Source: a virus
DNA: 64,000 bases
IMG/VR virus record: IMGVR_UViG_3300032315_001401
Span: 1 to 64,000 of that record
Reading direction: 5' to 3' (one strand)
Below are positions 35,336-43,156 of this stretch, in pieces. The translations under genes and the position numbers were made by a program. Positions within the stretch are counted from its first letter, which is position 1, and every line of letters starts with the position of its first letter. The notes beneath the pieces are model-generated. The model was not told where the DNA came from and searched no databases. It worked only from the letters and a program-made list of their open reading frames with translations.

Positions 35336-35520
35336 GCCTTTTCTTCCTTACGGGCGTTCTTTTCTTCAGTGATTTCGGTTCTACGGGCTTTGACCAGTTT
35401 GGCGACTTCCTGAAGTGCTTTACGAGCACGAGTGCCTGCTGCATTGTTTCCAGCAACAAACTTTTCGTCTTCTACTTTCCACGCTTCAACAGCATTCAGT
35501 AGTTCTTGTGATACGGACAT
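35332..35520 (-). CDS. Histone H1-like (Hc1-type) small basic protein
   Basis: EKFVAGNNAAGTRARKALQEVAKLVKARRTEI motif; start probably MSVSQ. Confidence 0.75.
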   Translation of the reverse strand: MSVSQELLNAVEAWKVEDEKFVAGNNAAGTRARKALQEVAKLVKARRTEITEEKNARKEEKA

Positions 35521-35553
35521 AATAATCTCCAAAAATAAGATATGTTTATATAG

Positions 35554-35961
35554 TTAATTTTTAGGGCAATCATCAACCCAAGGAGCACAGATTCTCATTT
35601 CTCCTCCTAAAAGTCTTGATTCTCCTGTTTGAAGATTTGGATCAATTGGTTTTTCAGAATATCTTGGTCGATATTTTTGATCCGCTTCTTGAATAATTCT
35701 ATCATACTCTGGAGTTACATCACGAATTGCTTTGTCTACATCTCTTACAATTCTTCGATTCAACTTTTCAGGGTCCTTGATAATAAACTCATTTAAAATA
35801 GTTTGCGGAAAATATTTTCTTTGAATTTCATCTAGTAAATCCCAAAGACCATTTTCCGACACTCCAGTGCATTGTGAGAGTGCTGCAATAATAGAAGATA
35901 ATGCAATTCCTATAATTGCATATTGCTTTATATCCGGTTTCTTTTTACCAAACTTAAACAT
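35554..35961 (-). CDS. Hypothetical protein with N-terminal membrane anchor
   Basis: 135 aa; KKK followed by a hydrophobic helix. Confidence 0.65.
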   Translation of the reverse strand: MFKFGKKKPDIKQYAIIGIALSSIIAALSQCTGVSENGLWDLLDEIQRKYFPQTILNEFIIKDPEKLNRRIVRDVDKAIRDVTPEYDRIIQEADQKYRPRYSEKPIDPNLQTGESRLLGGEMRICAPWVDDCPKN

Positions 35962-35967
35962 AAAAGA

Positions 35968-36174
35968 TTAAAATGACAAATCACTTCTCTTTACTCTGGA
36001 TTTCATTGCTCGTTGTCTTTGATTATGCCTTGTAGATGCTTCAAAATCTCCTTTCTGCGATGCTTCCTTTTCTGACTTTTTAGCAGCAGTCATTTGTTTT
36101 TTGATGCGGTTTTCTTTTTCCTTACTCATTCCTTGATAGGACATTTCTGAAATAAAATCTTTAAAAGTTTTCAT
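35968..36174 (-). CDS. Small basic protein with a T4 internal-protein-like N-terminus
   Basis: Begins MKTFKDFISE; Lys/Arg-rich; late promoter-like ATAAATA upstream. Confidence 0.65.
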   Translation of the reverse strand: MKTFKDFISEMSYQGMSKEKENRIKKQMTAAKKSEKEASQKGDFEASTRHNQRQRAMKSRVKRSDLSF

Positions 36175-36224
36175 TTGAATAAAAAGAGGAGGTTTATGGC
36201 ACTCCCCCTATTTATTCTATTGTA

Positions 36225-36314
36225 TCAAACTTCTACCTTGATCAGACGGGATGCATAATCATAAGCATAAGATGTGCGAGCACCATGATATCCCCAACCA
36301 ATTATCCAAGAATA
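36225..36314 (-). pseudogene. Orphan 3' end of a second cell-wall hydrolase allele
   Basis: Translates YSWIIGWGYHGARTSYAYDYASRLIKVEV*, matching YKWISWGHHGARTDYAYNYANKLVLADA* of 37450-38091. Confidence 0.8.
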
Positions 36315-36673
36315 CTTTCTCTCCAATCTTCACTCATATTCACCATAATGACTTCTGCTTGTTCTTGTGTTTCAGCATAACCTTCATCAAGGAGATGTGA
36401 GAGGATGATGTCGTAAATATCTACTTGTTCTTGAGTTTTTTTCATATTTCTTTCACTTTTAGACATTTTTCCAGTCATACTACCAAAATTTGTAGTGCCC
36501 AACATTCCATATTGTTTATTACCAAAAAATGAGGGATTTTGTTTTGCTTTTCTTACTGTTGGTTTTTCCTGTCCCACTTTTTCAGGATTTATTTTCTTTT
36601 TGTAATCATTCCCTTCTTTCATAACAACTTCCATATATGCTTCTTGAAGATTGCGAAGTTCTTGTGAGTTCAT
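36302..36673 (-). CDS. Hypothetical protein, paralog family with 40433-41740
   Basis: NLQEAY N-terminus; YDIILSHLLDEGYAET...AEVIMVNM C-terminus; TATAAATA upstream. Confidence 0.7.
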   Translation of the reverse strand: MNSQELRNLQEAYMEVVMKEGNDYKKKINPEKVGQEKPTVRKAKQNPSFFGNKQYGMLGTTNFGSMTGKMSKSERNMKKTQEQVDIYDIILSHLLDEGYAETQEQAEVIMVNMSEDWRESILG

Positions 36674-36695
36674 CTTAAAACTACTTTTTTAGTAT

Positions 36696-37346
36696 TTATA
36701 AAACTCTACCATACCGAAAACCATCTGGAACCTTATCAGTAGCATTTATATATTTATTTTCATTTCCATTCGTAATCCATTTTTTACCATAACAAGGATT
36801 TTTCTCACCAAGTTTTGCCTCAATATGTTTCCTTTTTGTCCCCGGATTTTGATGGGATTTGATTGCTGCCTGTCTATGTTTCTCAATTACTTCTGGTTGA
36901 TTGTGTGATAGTTTTCCACTTATACTTTTTTTCTTTTTAATTTCTGGATTACTCAAAGTCTTAATCAAGTTTTTTCTTGCTTTCTCTTTGAGTTCTGGAT
37001 TACTCATAGGATTATATTCTGTTTTCATCAACTCACTTCTTTTTTTGTTTGCTTCTTTACTTGGTCCTTTATTACAATAAAATCCAGTAGAAGTTTGTTT
37101 TGCTCTATTAGCAAAGTGTGGATTTTTATCTACCTCATAAAAATTATGAAGAGCACATTCTGCTTCAAGTGCCTCTTCTACACTATCAAAAGTTTCTAAA
37201 ATAATTTTTTGAGTTGGATTGAAAATTTTATCGTGAAAACTTCCAAAATAACTTACATCTTCCTCTGGAAGACAACTGCATTCTCTTTTTCCAATATAAC
37301 CTCTTCCATACTCCTCATAGGAATAATACACATAAAAGTGTTTCAT
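36696..37346 (-). CDS. GIY-YIG (Seg-like) free-standing homing endonuclease
   Basis: FYVYYSY...GYIGKR, YFGS, AEC..LH, FANRA; WITNG..GFRYGR tail; TATAAATA at about 37375-37382. Confidence 0.85.
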   Translation of the reverse strand: MKHFYVYYSYEEYGRGYIGKRECSCLPEEDVSYFGSFHDKIFNPTQKIILETFDSVEEALEAECALHNFYEVDKNPHFANRAKQTSTGFYCNKGPSKEANKKRSELMKTEYNPMSNPELKEKARKNLIKTLSNPEIKKKKSISGKLSHNQPEVIEKHRQAAIKSHQNPGTKRKHIEAKLGEKNPCYGKKWITNGNENKYINATDKVPDGFRYGRVL

Positions 37347-37449
37347 AGTTCTACTCTAACTTGTGTGGTATTACTATTTATACAAGAAAGGAGTGCCGAA
37401 GCACTCCAATCATACCTGAAAAGTTACCACACAAGTCAGGTAAAATTAT

Positions 37450-38091
37450 TTAGGCATCAGCAAGAACCAATTTGTTAGCATAGTTATAAGCATAATCAGT
37501 TCTCGCACCATGATGTCCCCAAGAAATCCATTTGTAGGCATAACTCATATACCTATTAATTGATTTTCCTGGAACTTTCATTTTACTTTCAATACTCTTC
37601 CACTGCGGTTCAGTAACAATATACCGAAGTTGAGTATCAAGTGTTGAAGGATTACCTCCTATTTTTTTGGCAAAATCACCCAATCCATAATAACGAGAAG
37701 CAGAAGTAAATTGAATTAGACCATAACCGCCGTAGCAATTACGATAATTCGTTCTGCTACCACCTTCGCAAATGTTAGGAACAAATGTTGATTCCTGACG
37801 AATATTGCCCATGATGGTAGCAAGGGCGTTTCTGTCTTTAATACCAAGACTCTGGAAATGTGCCAGAGCAGCATTTTCATATTCATTACACCCTTTACAA
37901 ATTAACCTTGACTCTTTAGGTTTTTCGGGAGCAACCTCGCGGATTGCTGTCTTTGATGTAGGCTCCTCTTGAACAATTGCGAAAGGTGGAGGACCATTCA
38001 CAGGTGGAGGAGGAAACACTGAAGGCAGTGATGCCGTTGTGGTTGTAACCGTTGCCAAAAGAGGCAGGGTTACTGTAAAGAAATTTTGCAT
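37450..38091 (-). CDS. Exported cell-wall hydrolase (phage tail lysozyme-like domain)
   Basis: Hydrophobic N-terminus, Pro-rich linker, ALATIMGNIRQES, GYGLIQFT. Confidence 0.75.
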   Translation of the reverse strand: MQNFFTVTLPLLATVTTTTASLPSVFPPPPVNGPPPFAIVQEEPTSKTAIREVAPEKPKESRLICKGCNEYENAALAHFQSLGIKDRNALATIMGNIRQESTFVPNICEGGSRTNYRNCYGGYGLIQFTSASRYYGLGDFAKKIGGNPSTLDTQLRYIVTEPQWKSIESKMKVPGKSINRYMSYAYKWISWGHHGARTDYAYNYANKLVLADA

Positions 38092-38098
38092 TTAAATT

Positions 38099-38214
38099 AA
38101 TTGAACTCTACATCCGTATAGAAGGGGGGGTACACCTTTTTCTCAAAAGGCACCTTCCACGGCTCTAATTGTCACGATCAAAAACTCATAATAATTACCC
38201 TGCTCATAACAGGG
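38099..38214 (-). ncRNA. Structured 5' leader of the hydrolase gene
   Basis: CCGT-GGAAG/CTTCT-ATACGG, GGTGC/GTACC, CTTTT-GAGA-AAAAG, CCCTG/CAGGG helices. Confidence 0.55.
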
Positions 38215-38222
38215 ATTTCTTC

Positions 38223-38251
38223 ATAATAAGTTAATATTTAGTGTTTGTCAA
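38223..38251 (-). promoter_or_regulatory. Sigma70 promoter
   Basis: TTGACA-N17-TATTAT. Confidence 0.78.
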
Positions 38252-38302
38252 GTATGACAGTTTGTAAAGTGTCCCATAAATACAGAGTTCGCATTATTTC
38301 CA

Positions 38303-38494
38303 ATGCCCAGAGAGTGGAACACTCCAATTAGAGAACCATGGAATCCTGTCATTAAAAAATGCCTTGATGCTGTTGACGAGCACATCAAGACATATATTAA
38401 AACAGGGGATGAATGGCACTTAATGCAAGCAGAAATATTACGGAAGTATGTAAAAGACTTAAAGATTTGGATTCATAATCAAGAAAAAAGTTAA
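38303..38494 (+). CDS. Small hypothetical protein
   Basis: 63 aa; late-type ATAAATA about 25 bp upstream. Confidence 0.7.
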   Translation: MPREWNTPIREPWNPVIKKCLDAVDEHIKTYIKTGDEWHLMQAEILRKYVKDLKIWIHNQEKS

Positions 38495-38955
38495 GACACC
38501 CAGAGTTTTCCTTCTGCAATTCTTCTTCTTCTCAATCCTGCTTCGACTTTACTACCAGGATTTCGATACATTTCAAGAGTCGCAGGAATTCCTTTCCAAT
38601 CTTTTTCTTTTAACTTTCGGGTAATTGAATTAAAACCCGGAGCATTGTAAAAATCAGCACCAAGATTATAAGCAAAAGAGAGCAATGCCCCCCTTTGATT
38701 ATCATTCATCTCACCCCAATAAGTAATCTTTGATAATTTGGGAAGAAAACGATTCAATACATCGTGCTCCAAAAGACGATCAGCATACTCTTGAGTAATG
38801 ACTCGATCTCTTTTAAATGGAGTATAATTAAAGTCTCTTGTGCTTCCCCATCCAATCGTAATTGGAAGTCCTCCAGTTAAAGGATCTGGATATGCCTTTA
38901 AATGACATCCTTCAAATTCTTTGATTAATTTAATTCCCGGAGTTGGAATATTCAC
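38491..38955 (-). CDS. Lysozyme (GH24) endolysin
   Basis: LIKEFEGC...YPD...TIGWG, ALLSFAYNLG, GLRRRRIAE. Confidence 0.92.
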   Translation of the reverse strand: MNIPTPGIKLIKEFEGCHLKAYPDPLTGGLPITIGWGSTRDFNYTPFKRDRVITQEYADRLLEHDVLNRFLPKLSKITYWGEMNDNQRGALLSFAYNLGADFYNAPGFNSITRKLKEKDWKGIPATLEMYRNPGSKVEAGLRRRRIAEGKLWVS

Positions 38956-39656
38956 GACTTTGCTGCATCAAATACTCTTCCCCACCCATCATTTCCTGCA
39001 GGACACCAACGTCTGGAAAGATCTGATTTCTTATATACAGCACCTTTGCCATTGGTTACGGGTCCAGTATAACCATCATTCAAACTACCATAAGGGTCAT
39101 TTACAACATAATCACCAGAAGGTGTCTTTCCAATTACTACAACCATGTGCCCGCCAGTAGGTGCAGATAAAGAACCCCTATGAAGAATCCCGATAACAAC
39201 AGGTCTCCCAGCAGCAATCTCCCGATCAAGATCAGCAAAAGACAAATTGTAACTAAATTGTGAAGAAACACCATAAGACGCAAGAACTTTGGTTTGAACT
39301 GCGTGATCTGTTGTATCGCCAACTGCGAATACTTTGCGAACGTATGCATCATCACCCTTTGATCCTACAAGTGTTCCTGGTTTAAAATACTCAAGACACA
39401 TTGCACAGGAAGATGAATTACAGGTGCGATCAGCATCTCTGTAATTATCTGTTTGTGGAAAATAAGGAACTTGAAGAATTCCTGGAGTTTTTGGTGCTTC
39501 TACTTTAGTTCTAAAAATACGCACCCAATTTGCATCATCAACCATTAAGTCTGATGCTTTTGCAAGAAGATCCTTTTCAAATTGCTCTACTGCTGCAATG
39601 TGTTTTGGATTCTTCTCATCAAAATGTTTAAAAAAGTTATGAAGATCAATTTGCAT
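38952..39656 (-). CDS. C39-like cysteine peptidase
   Basis: VPYFPQ, TCNSSSCAM, GHMVVV, VVNDPYG. Confidence 0.88.
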   Translation of the reverse strand: MQIDLHNFFKHFDEKNPKHIAAVEQFEKDLLAKASDLMVDDANWVRIFRTKVEAPKTPGILQVPYFPQTDNYRDADRTCNSSSCAMCLEYFKPGTLVGSKGDDAYVRKVFAVGDTTDHAVQTKVLASYGVSSQFSYNLSFADLDREIAAGRPVVIGILHRGSLSAPTGGHMVVVIGKTPSGDYVVNDPYGSLNDGYTGPVTNGKGAVYKKSDLSRRWCPAGNDGWGRVFDAAKS

Positions 39657-39657
39657 T

Positions 39658-39855
39658 TTATTCTCCGATGTATTCTAATGAAAAAATATCATGCTCTGGA
39701 ATATCAGGATTCAACCATTCACTAAACTCAGATTGAATTGCATATGCATCTTCAATATTTTCTTTACTTAGATAATGAATACGATCAATTGCCCAGTCAT
39801 GAGAAGTCCTCAGGGTTTGTTCCAAAGTGACCATAGTATTTAGAGTTTGATTCAT
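39658..39855 (-). CDS. Small hypothetical protein
   Basis: Probable start MNQTLN after TTGCCT-N17-TAGACT; the longer track ORF overlaps the + gene. Confidence 0.55.
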   Translation of the reverse strand: MNQTLNTMVTLEQTLRTSHDWAIDRIHYLSKENIEDAYAIQSEFSEWLNPDIPEHDIFSLEYIGE

Positions 39856-39912
39856 TTTTTCAAGTCTATCATTTTTGGGTATGAAAGGCAAGTCTAAATA
39901 AGCAAATAAGGT

Positions 39913-40344
39913 ATGCTTATGAATTGGCAATATAATGGTGAGGTCTTTACCGATGTTCCCAAAGGAATGGAGGGATTTGTTTACATAATTACGAATCTTA
40001 CGAATAATAAAAAATATATTGGCAAAAAACATTTCTGGACAAGGCAAAAGGATAGAAAGACTGGACGAAGAAAAACTTTAGAAAGTGATTGGAAAAATTA
40101 CTTTGGTTCTTGTGATGAATTAAATGAAGATGTAAAGACTTTAGGTAAAGAACATTTTCTTCGAGAAATCCTATATCTTTGCCCTCATAAGAAGTCAATG
40201 AGTTATTATGAAACCTATGAACAGTTCAAAAGAAATGTTTTGTTAAGTGAAGACTATTATAATACGAATATTGGTGGCACTTTCTATATGAGTGAGTCTG
40301 AAAGGATTTATGGTGTGGTCCTTAAGAGCTCAAAGTATTATTAA
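39913..40344 (+). CDS. GIY-YIG-like protein
   Basis: GFVYIITN...KKYIGKK, YFGS, REIL. Confidence 0.8.
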   Translation: MLMNWQYNGEVFTDVPKGMEGFVYIITNLTNNKKYIGKKHFWTRQKDRKTGRRKTLESDWKNYFGSCDELNEDVKTLGKEHFLREILYLCPHKKSMSYYETYEQFKRNVLLSEDYYNTNIGGTFYMSESERIYGVVLKSSKYY

Positions 40345-40374
40345 ATATAACTTATCTTCAACGGAGACAAACCT

Positions 40375-40412
40375 AGTCTAGCAATAAAAAAGCACCCTGT
40401 CAAGAGGGTGCT
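40375..40412 (-). promoter_or_regulatory. Terminator hairpin overlapping a sigma70-type promoter
   Basis: AGCACCCT/AGGGTGCT plus U-run; TTGACA-N17-TAGACT. Confidence 0.7.
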
Positions 40413-40432
40413 TTGAATTATGTTAGGATTTA

Positions 40433-41740
40433 TCAATCCTTCTTTGGCATTCTAGCGCCAGTTTTGTGTCTTTCAACACCTGCAGAATCCCTATAGGTTT
40501 CACTTTCTCTTCTTGGTGTTACATAACCAACTCCGGGAACTGCACCAGTTTGTCCAGCATCTCTAGCAGCATTTCTTGCTGCTGCTCTTTGTGCTGCTCT
40601 CCTACGATTTTTATCGTAGTTTGCACCTTCATTGATAACTTCTTCGACAATATCACGGATGACTTCTGCATCCATTTCCATCATTACATAAAGTGCTTCA
40701 TCTACGGTCTCTACGTGCCCGTTGTCGATGAGATACTCAAGAACTAAATCAAAAGCATCATACTCATAAGACTGGTTTAGCATCTTCTCTCTAGCGGTCT
40801 GTCTGGGTGCTACAGGGGTTGGTTTAGGGGTTGCAGCAAGGGCAGCGGTCTGCTTAACTTCAGGTGCTTTAAATGCTTTTGCACCAGCTTCCTGACCCGC
40901 TGATTGAATTTTAGCAGTGGTGCCAGCAGCCTTTGCCGCCTGAAGTGCTTTTTCTGGAGAAGCACCAGAAGCTCTTGCTGCTTGTGCTGCTTTTAATTCT
41001 GCAGAAGTTGGGGTTCTTCTTTCAAATGAAGTATTTCCTAATTTTCCAATTGCCGGTGCTGGAGGTTTTGGAGATGCTGTAGGTTGAGATGGTCTTAATT
41101 TATTAAGATCGGCAGTTCCACCACCGCCGGTGCCACTACCACCACCGCCAGTGCCACTACCACCACCGCCAGTGCCGCCGGTGGATCCAAGACGGGATTT
41201 TCTTGCTGCGAGAGCATCGTTATAATTTGCGTATGTTTTTCCATCAGATGATGAATAATATTTCCCTTTTGATTTTGCAAAATCTTGTTTTGCTTTCAAA
41301 GAAGGTTGATTACCTGCTGTATTATCAGGTTTTGAATTATCAGGTTTTGAATTATCAGGTTTTGGACCTTTTAGGGCAAGTTGTCCCCTTTTAATTACTT
41401 CATCTCTAGATAGATTTTCTCTTCTACCTCTTGCAGCATTTAAAGCTGCTTCTCCACCGCCAGCTTTGAATTCTTTTTGTGATTGATTAAGTTGTTTTTG
41501 TCTTGCTTCTTGTTCTGCCTTTGCCCTTAAAGCTCTTACATCTCCTACTACTTCCTCAATATAATTCTCATACATCTCTTCCCAAGTATAATCACTCAAG
41601 TCATAACCTTCTTCTAAAAGTGAGTTAACCCAGTTTTCAACTTCTTCCCAAATTTGCTCTTCAGTGAGTTCTTGTGGGGCATAAACTGATGCATACGCTT
41701 CCATCAAGTTTTTTGCATCACTTCCAGTAAGTCTAGACAT
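40433..41740 (-). CDS. Low-complexity late protein (KPDNS x3, GGGGSGT repeats)
   Basis: 435 aa; TATAAATA at 41765-41772; shares motifs with 36302-36673. Confidence 0.7.
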   Translation of the reverse strand: MSRLTGSDAKNLMEAYASVYAPQELTEEQIWEEVENWVNSLLEEGYDLSDYTWEEMYENYIEEVVGDVRALRAKAEQEARQKQLNQSQKEFKAGGGEAALNAARGRRENLSRDEVIKRGQLALKGPKPDNSKPDNSKPDNTAGNQPSLKAKQDFAKSKGKYYSSSDGKTYANYNDALAARKSRLGSTGGTGGGGSGTGGGGSGTGGGGTADLNKLRPSQPTASPKPPAPAIGKLGNTSFERRTPTSAELKAAQAARASGASPEKALQAAKAAGTTAKIQSAGQEAGAKAFKAPEVKQTAALAATPKPTPVAPRQTAREKMLNQSYEYDAFDLVLEYLIDNGHVETVDEALYVMMEMDAEVIRDIVEEVINEGANYDKNRRRAAQRAAARNAARDAGQTGAVPGVGYVTPRRESETYRDSAGVERHKTGARMPKKD

Positions 41741-41785
41741 TTTTTACTTTTAATTCTTTAATTTTATTTATAAAAAAAGAGGGTC

Positions 41786-41929
41786 TTAACGACCCTCAAC
41801 ATTATCTTCTAACCAAACATAAGAATAATCAAAGTCTCCAAATAAAAACTTATCTGATTCTGCTGCTTCCTTATAAGAGTTTTTCATTTCTTCAATATCC
41901 CACTCTATGTTGGGACTTTCAGTATTCAT
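41786..41929 (-). CDS. Small acidic hypothetical protein (47 aa)
   Basis: MNTESPNIEWDIEEMKNSYKEAAESDKFLFGDFDYSYVWLEDNVEGR; overlaps the nrdB stop. Confidence 0.55.
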   Translation of the reverse strand: MNTESPNIEWDIEEMKNSYKEAAESDKFLFGDFDYSYVWLEDNVEGR

Positions 41930-43107
41930 AGTTTAAATCCGGCAAAAGTATCATTCTTCATATCTTGCTTAATGCCGCCAATCAAATATTGCTCAATTTC
42001 TACTTCTTGAGGAGCATTTTGAAGACTTCTGGAATTTAACCAATGGTCAGTCCAAGGAAGTGGATTATTCTTTGCAGAAACATCATAAAGTGGGCGAAGT
42101 CCAATTGCTTTCATTCTGCGATTAGCAACCCACTCAACATATTGCTGAAGAAGTTTATCATTTAAACCAATCATTGATCCGTTTTTAAACAGATATTCTG
42201 CCCAAAGTTTTTCTTGATTGACTGCCTTCTCAAAGGTCTTGTAAACCCACTGTTCCTCTTCTTGTGAGATTTTCTTCATATCAGGGTCATCACCCTCTTT
42301 CCACTTGTTTAGAATGTTTTGGGTGATGACCAAATGCTGACTTTCATCACGAGCAATCAATGAGATGATCTTTGCACTTCCTTCCATAAGCTTGAGTTCG
42401 CCAAATGCAAAACTGCAAGCGAAACTGACATAAAAGCGAATACCTTCAAGAATATTAACGTTTGCAACTGCTCTGAACAATTTTCTTTTAAGTTCATATC
42501 TTGTATCTTGTGCGGTGGGAACTTGTTCTAACGCATGAATCCAATCATTAGATGTTCCATAATGTTGAGCACCATTAATAAAATCATTGTATGATTCAGT
42601 AACACTAACAGCACGTTCCATAATACGATCATCATTTAGAATCGTATCGAAAACTTCAGAGGGATCCGAATACACATTTTTTATAATGTATGTATAAGAT
42701 CTGGAATGAATCATTTCCATGAATTCCCAGACTTTCATACACGCTTCCAATTCGGGAAGAGAACAATATGGAGCAAATGCCATACCAGGACCACGACCTT
42801 GAACTGAATCAAGCATAATCTGATATTTCAAGTTACTAGTAAAAATATGTTTCTGCTCAGGACGAAGAGTTTGATAGTCTCCTCTGTCCTTTTGTAACGA
42901 AATTTCTTCAGGTCTCCAAAAGTAACTTAATTGTTGTTGAGTTAATTTATCAAAAACTGGATACTTGTATTGGTCATAACGCTGTAGACCTAATGGTTGT
43001 CCAAAAAACATTGGTTGCTTTTTAGTATCTACCTCTTGAGAATTGAAAACGGTCATTGATTCGACCATGTTTTTTTCCTCTGAATTTTTTTTGAAATTAA
43101 AAACCAT
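41926..43107 (-). CDS. nrdB: Ribonucleotide reductase class Ia beta subunit
   Basis: FWRPEEI, DSVQGRG, EMIHSRSY, LEGIRFYVSFA, RDESQH. Confidence 0.97.
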   Translation of the reverse strand: MVFNFKKNSEEKNMVESMTVFNSQEVDTKKQPMFFGQPLGLQRYDQYKYPVFDKLTQQQLSYFWRPEEISLQKDRGDYQTLRPEQKHIFTSNLKYQIMLDSVQGRGPGMAFAPYCSLPELEACMKVWEFMEMIHSRSYTYIIKNVYSDPSEVFDTILNDDRIMERAVSVTESYNDFINGAQHYGTSNDWIHALEQVPTAQDTRYELKRKLFRAVANVNILEGIRFYVSFACSFAFGELKLMEGSAKIISLIARDESQHLVITQNILNKWKEGDDPDMKKISQEEEQWVYKTFEKAVNQEKLWAEYLFKNGSMIGLNDKLLQQYVEWVANRRMKAIGLRPLYDVSAKNNPLPWTDHWLNSRSLQNAPQEVEIEQYLIGGIKQDMKNDTFAGFKL

Positions 43108-43156
43108 ACTTCCCTCAATAAATTAACTTTAACTCACACTGTAATATTTAACTGAA

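Noticed and set aside
33157-35459. Track ORFs over the tRNA array (33179-33682, 33929-34174, 34327-34644, 34743-35057, 35193-35459 and the 5' part of 32686-33330)
   Set aside because: Translations of tRNA genes; no protein-like features
41110-41370. 21-bp and 15-bp tandem repeats as regulatory or mobile elements
   Set aside because: In-frame low-complexity linkers (GGGGSGT, KPDNS) of the 435-aa protein
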